A DNA stretch of 64,000 nt from assembly GCA_043228905.1 (NCBI GenBank), contig JBHGNT010000007.1, positions 7,812,001-7,876,000 on the forward strand, read 5' to 3'. The DNA is from Azolla caroliniana. Lineage: Eukaryota; Plantae; Polypodiophyta. A program made the translations under genes and the position numbers. The notes under the pieces were generated by a model. It was not told the DNA's origin. It saw nothing but the letters and a program-made list of their open reading frames with translations, and made no database searches. Positions 25,151 to 37,299 of this stretch are shown one piece after another. How positions within the stretch are numbered: position 1 is the first letter of the stretch; each line of letters opens with the position of its first letter.

Positions 25151-26033
25151 CAATCAGGACAACACGAATGGTCAACGGAGGCCAAGCGGGCCACTACGGG
25201 CGTTCCTCAAGCGGAGGACATCGGGCATACGGCGGGGAGCGGGCGTTCATACGGCCGAACAAGGGCCAACGGAAGTACGCGTACTACGGAGATCGCGGTT
25301 GAGGACCCATCGACGGGTCGAACGAGCCTACGGGGAGGTAAGCGCGAAGGAAGAACCGAAGCCGACGGATCAAACCGGTAGCGAGCCGGGATGCGGATTA
25401 CGGAAGACCGGTTTCTCACCTCCTAAGATGGGCATTGAGTGGTGGGTGAGAGGAGAGGGAGTTAAGACCCATAAATCTCACCTCCTAAGATCGAGGTCAA
25501 ATACTCTCCTTTGAAAGAAAGGGGATTTGACCACTCCTTTTTGTAATGTGTCTCACCCCTTATTATTATAAAAGGGAGTGAGGGGTCACTTTTGAGGGGC
25601 TTCCACTTTTAGATTTTCTTTGGGGAGTGGCCATTTGTCATTAGAGGTAGACCGTTATGATTTTCTTCATCATCTTTGCCCCGATTTCATTTTACGGTTT
25701 TGGTTTTAGGTTCCCTTTCGTATCATTTCCCTTCTCTCAATTGGGGTTTAGTTCTTCTTCCTATTCCACTTGGGTTTTCTTCTATTTGTGCTTGAGTCCG
25801 GCTTATGGCCGTGGTTGTAATCATATCATGGCTTTCATGCCTTATAGTGTAATTTGCTTGTTTAACCTTGTCTTCATCTATTTCTCTATCGTGTTAATCT
25901 CTTCTTCTTTCTGCTCCCCTTCTGAGCTCGAAGGTCGTAAGGGATAAGCTCCCATTTCCCCTCTATTCCCTAGTCCAAGATCCCCGTGGTCCCGCCCAAG
26001 TCGACACGTACTCGCGGATTTCCGCGATAACGT

Positions 26034-29000
26034 TGTCGTGAGGATTCCGAGCCATAGGTAGAAACAAGGTGAAACGCACAGGAACACCGGTTTACACGAG
26101 TGCACGCCTCGAGAGAATTAGCTAGGGAAAGTACTAGGCATAAGTATATAGAGGGGTACTACGTAGTCAGGACATTAATGAAGAAATAGACATCGCATAT
26201 GTAGGGAGAGTTACGAGGGGAGAGGATCTAGGAAGGGAAAGTGAGGATTCATGAATGCTTGTAACGGTCGCTTCTTCTGCTAGAAAAGAGGAGGCCATTG
26301 AGAGGAGAGGAGAGGAGATACAGAAAAGAGGAGGAGGATTGATCATCGGAAGGCGCTTCCCCTGCACACGTCCGACGCCCGAGTGCTCCCAGCTAGGGGA
26401 TTGACCTTCAGCGTGCCAACGCACCTTCGTGTCTGGCTATTACCAAGCTCCACGCTCCATCACCGGCTTTGATCCAACTATAATCACCCACCGCACTGTG
26501 CACCTGTGTTGTTTACCAAGCTCCACGCTCCATCACTGGCTTTAATCCAGCTGTAATCACCCACCGCACTTTTAATAGAAACTCTCTTTGCCTAACAAAC
26601 GTTGTTCTCGGTGTCTTGCCCGTGTCCGCGTCTACGCACGACTCTTTTACCCTCTCTCGATCGCTAGCATTACCTATTTTCCCGCGGTCCCAAGACCTTC
26701 GCAATTCTCAACGGCTCCCTTTTCGTTTCCTCGATTCCTTGGTTCGAGACCCCCGTGGTCCTGCCCGACTTCCACGCATCCGCGAGGATTTCCTCGACAT
26801 CTTTGGTGAACCTGACGTGAAGAAAGGCGGTAGGGGAATCTGGAGATGAGAGGAAGCGAACTAGCAGAAGCAATGCCGGTGGCGGTAGACCACCTGGTTA
26901 GTGCTCGCGAGGGCGCGAGTGCCCTCGACCGAGCCATAGAAGCAATGGTCGGGAAGATAGGACGGTTCAGCGGAAAGGACGCCACGAGTTACTTAGAGGC
27001 CTACAAATCGGAAATGTAGATGAGAAACATACCCGAAGATAGACGGCTAGCAGGGTTTCCCCGAGTCGTAACACCACACATCCATACAGAGATGGTCGAG
27101 ATTCAAGCAGGCTGTTGCGATTGGGCGGAATTCGCGGAGGAAGTTCTCGAGAGATACAGCTATGACAACTCACTCCAGCTATCAAGAAAGGATTTTATGG
27201 ACTGGGTCAACAGCCCTGGCAAGGGTCAAAACACTTCGGTGCTCCTCCAGGAGTTCGAGTCATGGTTCACGCGACTCTCTAGATTGGACCGAACCGTGCT
27301 TGAAACAAGCAAAGTCCTATTTTTGTGACATCTTTCGATTCGCGCGTCCGGGAAAGCGTGGGTCTTCTTCTGGAAACCAACCAAGGTCCCACGACTGACT
27401 GGGCAACCGTCAAAGAAGTATGCAGCAGGATTGACAAACGCCGAGACTGGAGAGAAAAGGGATCCTCGTCAGTCGAACCGGCTGTCAAAATCAGGGCCGA
27501 ACCGACACCAAACCGAATGGAAGAAACGAGGAGGTGGCTCGAGGTAGGCCCAACCACGACGAAAATAGTCGTGGAACCTGCAGGCGGCGCAGGGCTACAA
27601 GAGCTAACAAGGATGGTACGCAACCTCTAGATCGCCCAAGCCCGCCGAAGCGATGAGGGTCAGCCGCGCGACCGGCGACCACCGGCCAATCAGAGGTGTG
27701 TTGGTGCGACGCCACCGGACATGCCCGAAGAGAATGTGCTGACTTCGGAGAAGCACTCAGGAGTAATGTAGTCTACCTTTCGAACGACCGGATACATGCG
27801 AGCGACACGCGAAGACTGCTCGACACGAATTTCGGATGAGGTGGCATGAAGATGCTAATGGAAGAGGCTGCGGCCCGGCACATCGAAACCATCCACTATT
27901 CGGCTTCGGCCGGCATCCAAGTAGGGGAAAAGGCGAGCAAACCCGATTCAAACCCTGGATTCTGGCAGCTATTCTCAAGACCTTGACTGGAGGAAGGTTG
28001 CAGAAGGGAGAAGCGGAGCGCGCGGAAGAACGTGTGCGCGAAGTTACCTAGTGGAGCGACCCCGTTGAAGAAAGCACCGGCTTTATGGTAGCCGCTTGCA
28101 GGAACTACGAGGCCCTGATCGACGAAAGAGGAGCAGGGAAAACCATGGGATCGGGCCCTTCAGGGAGGTATGACACCCGAAGCACGCCCAAAAAGAACGA
28201 TGCCGCTACGACCGGGTCCTAGGAGAAGGAGAAGGGTAAGATTCCGAGCTTCTACGTAAGCTCAGAAATCGAGAAAACAACGAACCTACAAAAGGTCCTA
28301 GAGGAGCGAGTTCTCGACAGTCGCATAGAACTCACGTTTAGGGAAGTGCTCGGTATAGCAAGAAGGGAGTTCCACGATAGCATTGTGGACCTCGTGAAGA
28401 GGAAGCGTCTCACGACGGAACCAAAGCCGGAGAAGTCGGACGAGGTGAGGGCGGCACTCCTCAACGAGATTGCCACCGAAGATGAGCTCGCGAAAAGCCA
28501 CTATGCCAAGCCACACTGGGCAACAGCTACTACAAAGACCCCGGTTCGAATCGGGAATGTCAAGGAACCGGTGGTGGCAATAATCGACCACGGGTCAGAA
28601 ATTAACCTAATGTCCATGGACTTCTACAAAAAGGGAAATTGGCCGATCAACACCAAACACGGGTAGAAGATAGGCGCAGCAACAAGAGCCACGGAAGAGT
28701 TGCATGGGGCCTGCCCAAACGTCAGGGTGAGCATCGGAGACGTCAACATAAACCAGCACTTTTTTGTGCAAGAAACGTCCTCCCACCCGGTCATCCTCGA
28801 AGAACCATACATCACGGCGGCTAGAATGGAGACGAAAGTGTTGGACAATGGTTCAGCCTATGCAAGGGTAAAAAGTCAAGACGGCCGTCACTCCGTCCAA
28901 TTTTGGACCGTTCGGAAGAACCACGAATGAAACCGGGACACCCTCAGGAATGATGATAAGCCGGATTTTTAGATAGGGCTATCAAGGTGTGGGGCCACGA

Positions 29001-31250
29001 TAGTCCAGACAACCGGGAAACTCCCCACACCTGTAAAATAGGTTGGAAAATTTTGTTCTCCAACAACGGGGGGTGTACCATAGCCAGCATCAGTGGCAGA
29101 GAAAGAAAACAGGCTAAGATACGCTTGAAGGCGTGCGGAGCCTTAAGCCATGACGAAGGAATTGGGGAAGCCGTGGAGGCGGTCTCGTTCGATGACACCT
29201 TGGGGGAAATCGGGAAGGTAGTCGGAGGAGGTCTAAGCGAAGACCGAGTCATACCGGTCAACTCGATCGACATGTATGAAGTCATTGCGAACTTCGAAAG
29301 AGGAACCAGAGCGCATCGGATCGCCCGAGTAGACACATAATACAAGTTTGTGGACCAGAAGGTGAAGCCCGTCGCGGCCCCCTTACCAGAGGGCAGTTGG
29401 GAACGAATAAAGGGGGTCGCTACCGACCCGAGCCTACGAAATTCGGCCGGCATAGGACACCACTTCACCGACAAAACGCTACGAGAGCTGAAGATTGGTG
29501 GGGGTGGCTTCCTACTGTTGGCGGAAGAGGACCGGTTCCAAGGAATGCTCGAGAGGCACGGGAAGGCCTTCGCATTCTCATAAGGAGAGATCAGGTGCGT
29601 CGACCTGACCATCGTCGAGCCAATGGTGATCTTTATAGTACCACACGTACCATGGAGTCTCAAGCCGATCCCAGTACCGAGAGCTCACATGCTGATGTTA
29701 ATGGAGCTTCTTAAGCAGAAAGTGGAGTTGGGCATCCTCGAACCATCGAGTGCCCCATATTGTAATCGGTGGTTTACGGCACCAAAGAAGAACGGCACGC
29801 TGCGGTTCATCCAGGACTTACAACTAGTCAACAAAGTGACCATCTGCAATACGGGAGTCGGGCCATCGATCGACGAGTTCGCTGAAGCCTTCGTCGGAAG
29901 GTCCATATACTCCGTCGAAGACCTTTACTCGGGGTACGACCAATTCCAGCTCGCCGTGGAGAGCAGGGACATCACAACGATGCAGACCCCTCTCGGCCTA
30001 GTTCAAATGTGTACCCTACCACAGGGCGGAACCAACCAAGTGGAGGGACAAGCACTAACGAACAAGACCACCACGGCCGCATTCAAGTTTCTGATCAAGG
30101 ATGTCATATGCTGATATGGGTGCATGGGGAAAATCGTGGCTGACCGAGAAGAGCTAAACGCGGAAGAGGCCTCAACAACTAGCATAGGTCTACGCGCAAG
30201 TTCACGAAGCGATGGTTCAGGCCGTACGTGGTAAATAGCATCAACAATAATGCCACGTATCATCTCGCGGAGCTCGATAGGACGCGAATAACAACTCCGG
30301 TGGCCGGGAAGCAGATAAAAGCCTTCAAGGGACGGAACGAGGAGGAACGGGACCCGGGAACCGGAAGCGCCAACTCAGGAGAGGAGGACGAGTAACCGAT
30401 GGCCCGGAATCCACCACTAAATTCACTATCCGGCACATACCGGAGGATGTGCGGTTTGGTGGGGGTGGATGTCATGAAGATTCCGAGCCATAGGGAGAAA
30501 CAAGGTGAAACGCGCAAGAACACCGGTTTACGCGAGTGCACGCCTCGAGAGAATTAGCTAGGGAAAGTACTAGGCATGAGTATATAGAGGGGTACTAGGT
30601 AGTCAGGACATTAATGAAGAAATAGACATCGCATATGTAGAGAGAGTTACGAGGGTAGAGGATCTAGGAAGGGAAAGCGAGGAGTTATGAATGCTTGTAA
30701 CGGTCGCTCCTTCTGCTAGAAAAGAGGAGGCCATTGAAAGGAGAGGAGAGGAGATACAGAAAAGAGGAGGAGGATTGATCATCGGAAGGCGCTTCCCCTG
30801 CACACGTCCGACGCCCGAGTGCTCCCAGCTAGGGGATCGACCTTCAACGTGCCAACGCACCTTCGTGTCTGGCTATTACCAAGCTCCACGCTCCATCACC
30901 GGCTCTGATCCGACTATAATCACCCACCGCACTGTGCACCTGTGTTGTTTACCAAGCTCCACGTTCCATCATTGGCTCTGATCCGGCTGTAATCACCCAC
31001 CGCACTATGCACTTGTGTTGTTTAATAGAAACCCTCTTTGCCTAACAAATGTTGTTCTTAGTGTCTTGCCCGTGTCCGCGTCTACACACGACTCTTTTAC
31101 CCTCTCTCGATCGCTAGCATTACCTGTTTTCCCGCGGTCCCAAGACCTACGCAATTCTCAAATGGTTCCCTTCTCGTTTCCTCGATTCCTTGGTTCGAGA
31201 CCCCCGTGGTCCTGCCCGACTTCCACGCATCCGCGAGGATTTCCTCGACA
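26034..31250 (+). mobile_element. Gypsy element B: LTRs 26034-26799 and 30470-31250, Trp PBS, gag-PR-partial RT-partial INT with internal deletions; TSD ACGT/ATGT
   Basis: Protease IIDHGSEINLMS; RT PYCNRWFTAPKKNGTLRFIQDL, DLYSGYDQ, PQGGTN; integrase pieces KIVADREEL and YHLAELD; PPT GGTGGGGGTGGA. Confidence 0.93.
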
Positions 31251-34200
31251 ATGTACTTCAATGCTCATCAATGAGCCCCTACACTAACTCCCAAAATTTA
31301 TTCCTCCGCGGAATATCTATCCAACGGCCTCCCAGTTTACACACCGCTACGGCCTCTCGTTGCGCACCCGGTTTACACCCAGTTTACGCACCTAATGTTG
31401 AGCTTGTATCTCAACACTCCCCCTCAAGTTCAACTCGAGGTTCCCCTGCTTTTCCAGATGTTCGCTCCGGCTTCTTCTAGCTTCACGCCTGGCTTGTGCT
31501 CCTCAACCCATTCGATTCCGTGCCCCTCGACCCTTTCAATCGGCTAGTCTACTCGTGCAACCTTTCTCAGCTCCCTTGTTTTCATGGTGTTGGCACCTCT
31601 TCCACTCTCCTTTCCTCCGCTTGGCCTTTAGTTGATTCGGTGTCTCCAAATCGAACATTCGAGCCGAATCGGCTGTCTCAATTCGTTTCCGCTCTTGCCC
31701 GAATTAGTTGTCTCCAATTCGTCTTCTGTCTTCAGGCCCTTGACCACATTTGACCACGTCTTGATCTTGACCTTCTTGACTTCATCTCCCCCTCCTTCGG
31801 GTGACTCCGTCTCCTCCTTTCAGTTGATGCCCCTGTTTCTGCCTTCGGCTTCTTCAGCCGACTCGAAATCGAATTCTTCATCCGACTTGGCTTCACGTCA
31901 CTTCCACTCCTTTCTTGCTCCCTTTCCTGGTATTTTCTCCCCCTCAAGTTCGGCACGTGGAGGTGCAGCAAACCAAGCACACCCGAGAATTGCCGCAACT
32001 TGTCGAGACCAAGGAGCTTGGTGAAGATGTCAATAGTCTGCCGATCCGTAGGAACATACGCTTGTTCGACTTCACTGGAGAGGACCCGTTCGCGGATGAA
32101 ATGGTAGTACACCTCAATGTCCTTGGTCCAGGCATGGAAGACGGGGTTCTTCGCAAGTTGGATGTTGCTGAGGTTGTCCCAGTAGATCGTCATCAGAGCG
32201 GACACCTCCACTTGCAGATCCTTGACTAACTTCTTGAGCCAAATGGCTTCGCATGTCGCGACAACTGCTCCTCGATACTCTTCTGTGCTTGACAGTGCAA
32301 CTGTCGGCTACTTCTTGTTCCTCTAGGAAATCGCAGCGTTCCCAAGCGAGAAAGCAAACCCAAATGTGGATCTATGATCGCTAACGTTTCCAGCCCAATC
32401 GGAATTCGAGTAACTGATGAGTTGTTTGGCAATACCGGTCCGATATAGCAGCGCCCTATCGTTAGTGTCGTGGACATAGCGCAATATCCTTTGTGCGCAC
32501 TGAAGGTGTTCGGTCGTGGGTTGCGACATAAATTGACTGACTAGGCCGACCTGGTAACTGAGATCCGTCTGAGTGATCGTCAAATAAATTAGGCTTTCGA
32601 CAATCTATCAGAACCATGTTGGGTCGCACGCCTCTCCCGAATCTCGGTGAAGCTTGACGTTTCCGTCCAGAGGAGTTGAGATGGACTTATAGTCTGTCAT
32701 CGCGAATTTGAAGAGCATACTCAGCATGTAATGACATTGGTTGATTAGTATGCCTTCGGCGGTGCAGATCACTTCGATCCCTAGGAAGTAATGAAGGTCC
32801 CCTAAGTCTTTCATTTCGAATGATGCCGCGAGCTGGGACTTTACGTGGCTGATTTCATCTAGGTCGGCACCGGCGATGACTAAATCATCAACATAGAGTA
32901 AAATACTAACCGGTCCATGTCGACCTTCCCAAACGAAGAATGAATAATCTAATTTGGACGTCGCAAACCCAATCCGATGTAGGCGCTGCGTGATCTTCAC
33001 ATTCCATGCGCGTCAGGCTTGCTTTAGTCCGTAGAGGGACTTCTTCCATCGGCATACCGCCGAGGTGTTCTTTCCGGACTGAAATCTAGGGGGTTGTACC
33101 ATGTACACCTGTTCCTCAAGTTCTCCTTGCAAGAACGCATTCTTTACATCCATCTGATGTAAATGCCACCCCTTTACCTCGCCTACTGCAAGCAGGACAC
33201 AAACAGTTGTCATCTTTGCGACCGGCGCAAAGGTTTCATCGTAGTCAATGTTGTGTTGTTGTGCATATCCCTTCGCCACTAATCGGGCCTTGTAGCGGTT
33301 GATAGAGCCATTGGTTTTCTACTTGACCTTATACACCCACCTGCATCCAATCGGCTTTACACCCTTCAGGGCATCAACCAAGTCCCAGGTTTCATTTGTC
33401 GCTAATGCGTGCATCTCTTCCTCCATGTGGCACGCCAATTTGCGTCCTTCGCCGCTTCTACGTAGCTCTCCGGCTCACGCACTTCCGCCACTCGTGTCAT
33501 GTACACATAATGATGTGCTATGTTCTCGTTGTATTCGAACTGCACCACAGGATTCTTCTGGCAGGTAGATCAACATAATTGCTCATTAGTCAGTTTTGAG
33601 GCCCTGTTGGCTGATGCAGACTTCGTTTACGAAGGTCCATCTTCATTCTTCCCGAAGTCGTATTCGCTTTGATCCGATTCATCTTTATCAATGGCGTACT
33701 CCGACATCTTCTTCTTTCCCTTCTCTTCGCGCGTAAGCCGTCTCCTTGACTTCCAGAGTGGGGATTGCACGGCCAAGTCTCCACTAATCGTCGGCTCTGC
33801 GTCTGACTGGTCATATCGACTCAGTCGCTCATTCGGCCCACTTAGCTTGAATGAGATCGGACTCTCTTCAAGAGCTCCAATGTCTCCTTAGACCCGAGGC
33901 ATTTCAGCCTTGGTGATCTCTTCATCAAATATTAGAATGGAGTCATCAGGGGTTGGAGGCAAAGGCACGTACCACGACGTGGACTAGTCAAACACAAGAT
34001 CACGACCTACACGAGCTTGTTTGGTTCAGGGATTATAACACTTATAATCCTTCTATTCGTTTGAGTAGCCAACCAAGATACACTTCTCGGCTTTGGCGTC
34101 CAGCTTCCTCCGTTTCTCCTTCAACACGTGCACATACACGATGCTACCGAAAACCCTCAAGTGTGCCAAGTTCGGCTTCTTCTTGAAATACAACTCATGT

Positions 34201-36749
34201 GGTGACACTCCTCCATTGGAAGATGCCCAATTCTAGAGGTAGACGGCTGTTATGATCGCTTCGGCCCAGTAGAACTTCAGCAGATGCTTCTCTTCAAGCA
34301 TTGCCCTTGCCGCCTCCTCTATCGTCCGATTCTTCCTCTTCGCCACGCCGTTCTGCTGCAATGTGTATCTAAATGAGAATTCGCGTTGAATTCCTTCCTT
34401 CTGTAGATAACTCGGGAACTAGTCGGAGAAGTACTCCTTCTCGCCATCGGACCTTAGGCACTTGATCTTTTGCCCGGTTTCCCTTTCCGCAAGGCTCTTC
34501 ACCTTCAGGAAACACGCGAAAACTTCACTTTTTTTCGCAATCAAGTATGCCCAAGTGTGCCGAGTGAAGTCATTGATGAAGGTTAGGAAGTAACGGCTTC
34601 CCCCGATGCTCACGTTCTGTGTTGGTCCCCATACATTCGAATGGATCATATCGAGCGGATTTTGACTCCGATTACACTTGTTGGGGAATGGAAGTCGGTG
34701 TTGCTTCCTGAGCTGGCAAGTTTCGTAGACTTGGCCATTCCAGCCACTAAATTTCGGCAATCCGAAAACAATGTTCTTCGTTTGCATTTCACGAAGCTGT
34801 GGGAAGTTAACTTGGCCGAACCGCTTGTGCCATAGGTCGATGTCTAACTCGACCTTCTGTCCTTTCACAAACAACGCAATTCCGACTTCATTGGTGTTGA
34901 GGATGAACATCCTCCCTTCTCGGTGCCCTTGCGCAATGACTTTTCCCTCTTCTTCGATGTAGCAACCGAGATGCATGAATCGAACTTGCATCCCCTGGTC
35001 AACGATCTGTTTGACCAACACCAGGTTCTACGTTATTGTTAGGACGTGTAGCACGTTCATTAATTTCCCATTCTGGCTTACGTGGCTAAGGGGAACTTCT
35101 CCGACATGTTCAATGGTATGTAGAGTGTCATCTCTCCAGTTTCGACCACTCCTTGTTTTTCCAGTTTCTCCAAGTATGAGAACCATTCTTGGTGACTCGT
35201 CATATGATTTGATGCTCCGGAGTCAACATACCATACCACGTTCGGTTTCTAAGTGTTCACCTCCATCGAATTGGCCTTATGCTTCATTACGAAGGTTGGG
35301 CCCGATCCATTTCCAGCTCGTTCGGAGCCTTGGGCATAGTGTGATCGCTGCTGATTTCCTTGTTCGGTCTACCTGGAGCCGGATGCAATTTTCTCCGAAT
35401 TGGCGCGTTCCTTCCAGCGCTCGCTCTCCTTGTGGCCTTTCTTGGCACAGTACCAGCATTCCACGACAGGCTTTCCTTGCCGGTTTCGGGTGCCACCTTG
35501 ATTCCCTCAGCTTTTAGAGGGTCTAGAACTATTGTTGGCATTATGACCATGCCTTCCATCTTGCTCTTGTTGGCTGCCTCCATTGCGCGCCGACTCTCCT
35601 CGTCCGCCATGACCACGGAGGCTATCTTCCTCCGTGTACAACATCTTGTTGTCGGTGTGCGTACTCGTTGACACACCCGCGTGGTTCTCCTCTGCTAGGA
35701 GCATCGACTGTAAGTTGAAAAACGACAATGTATTCTCCCTCGTACATGCCGATGTTCGGAAAACTCTGAACTTCAATGCTAACCCTCTGAGGCAGACCTG
35801 CACCATTTCTTCCTCGTTGACATTTACATCAACGGAGGCGAGAGAGTCACAAATGTCCTTCATCTTGGAGGTTTAATCAACCACCCTCATATCTCATTGT
35901 TAAACATTCCTCAACTCTTGCCTAAGTTGGAGCTTTCTCGTTGTGGTGCTCATGACAAAATCTTTTTCAGATTTCCCCAAGCATCCTTCGGCGTCCTCGC
36001 ATCCTGTATGTAGCATAGAAGTTGATTGCTCACACGAGATGCGAATCAGTAGAGAACTCTGTTTGTCGCTTGTTCCCAGGTCGGGAAATATCTGTGTGTC
36101 AATTCGGGTGTTGCGTCATTAGCTCCATCGACATAACTCCAACAGACATGACCGACCAGATATATAGGTGTATCTTGTACGACCAAGATGCGTGGTTGCT
36201 TCTGTCAAGCTTCTTCGTCGAAAGCGAGCTAGCCATTCCTCCTTCCATTCTTTGCTTCTTCTATTCTTCACCGTGATTAAGGTTTGTCTGTTTGTCGGCA
36301 ACAGAGGTTCTCAACCTTCGCGCTCTGATACCATGCAAAAGAATACGTGTGGAAGCTTAACAGACAACCGGATAACAACAAACAAAAGACAAAGAAGGTT
36401 TAATGGAAAGCTTAATCAACACAGTGTACGTAGGAGAAGTAGAGAGAGCAGAACACAGAAAAACTCTATTCCAAGACAATACTCTAAAACTCTGTACATA
36501 GGATCTGCTCAGAGAGCACTTTTATACAAGTCCATACGGACTGACTGAAGTACTAACACGTACTTCAATGCTCATCAATGAGCCTCTACACTAAATCCCA
36601 AAATATATTCCTTCACGGAATATCTATCCAATAGCCTCCCGGATTACGGACCGCTACGGCCTCTTGTTGCGCTCCCGGTTTATGCACCCAGTCTATGCAC
36701 TGGTTTACGCACCGGTTTACGCACCTAATGTTGAGCTTGTATCTCAACA

Positions 36750-37209
36750 AAATATAATCAGCTCCTTGTCCTTCTCCAATGTTACAGTATTTCTGAAGAG
36801 CTTTAATGCTCATGTAGATGTTGTACCTGTAAAGAAATGGGCAAGAAGACTTAGTTATCCAACCATAAGAATCGGTATTGATTATATCAGTAACCTGAAC
36901 CTAGTTCGAAGGATACCTATGCTAGAAAATAGGTCTAATATCCAATCTGCTTCGTTCGAGAACATTTCGATCAAGCACATCATAAGTCGTTGAGGTTTTC
37001 GGTATTGGTTGACAAATCCACATTCTATCGTGGTGACATGTCGCAATTTGCATGTGACTGCTAGATATACCAGCAGTTTTGAACCTCCAACTTCATTAGA
37101 GTGATCCTTGATTCTTTGTTTCTCTATTTCTTCGAAATAACCAACCGTAATGTACTCAATTTCATTTACGAACCGAAAGGTCGGTCCTCTATTCACGTTG
37201 GTTTTTATC
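36750..37209 (-). pseudogene. Intron-containing relic of a beta-class N4-C/N6-A DNA methyltransferase (C-terminal half)
   Basis: Exon 37209-36917 reads IKTNVNRGPTFRFVNEIEYITVGY...VNQYRKPQRLMMCLIEMFSNEADWILDLFSSIG. A GT-AG intron spans 36916-36827. Exon 36826-36750 reads TTST*ALKLFRNTVTLEKDKELII. Confidence 0.8.
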
Positions 37210-37299
37210 CTATAATGAATAGTAGGTGAGTTAAGAATAGATTCGACAAATTAAGAACGAAAGTATGGTGAATGAGACCTATAAATAATCCAGTATAAA

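Larger units (their letters stand above)
20537..25413 (+). mobile_element. Gypsy element C (non-autonomous): 5' LTR 20537-21295, Trp PBS at 21300, gag, repeat-rich internal region; 3' LTR missing
   Basis: TGTCGTGAAG...CGCGACA termini followed by TCTTTGGTGAACCCGACGTGA; preceded by GCGT. Confidence 0.8.
19077..26029 (+). mobile_element. Gypsy element A (non-autonomous): LTR 19077-19849, Trp PBS at 19852, partial second LTR ~25430-26029; element C nested inside
   Basis: TGTCATGAGG...CCGTGACA; 19281-19460 aligns with 25430-25610; flanked by ATGT and ACGT. Confidence 0.75.
18848..36749 (-). mobile_element. Ty1/copia element I: 5' LTR 36334-36749, iMet PBS, decayed gag-pol 36250-31950, 3' LTR split into 18848-19076 and 31251-31416
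   Basis: Reverse PBS GCTCTGATACCA at 36322-36333; [51 protein letters not shown]; PPT at 31417. Both LTR halves align with the 5' LTR. Confidence 0.92.

Noticed and set aside
19780-25520. Many overlapping ORFs on both strands
   Set aside because: A by-product of GC-rich, stop-poor retroelement repeats; only the gag frame has homology support.
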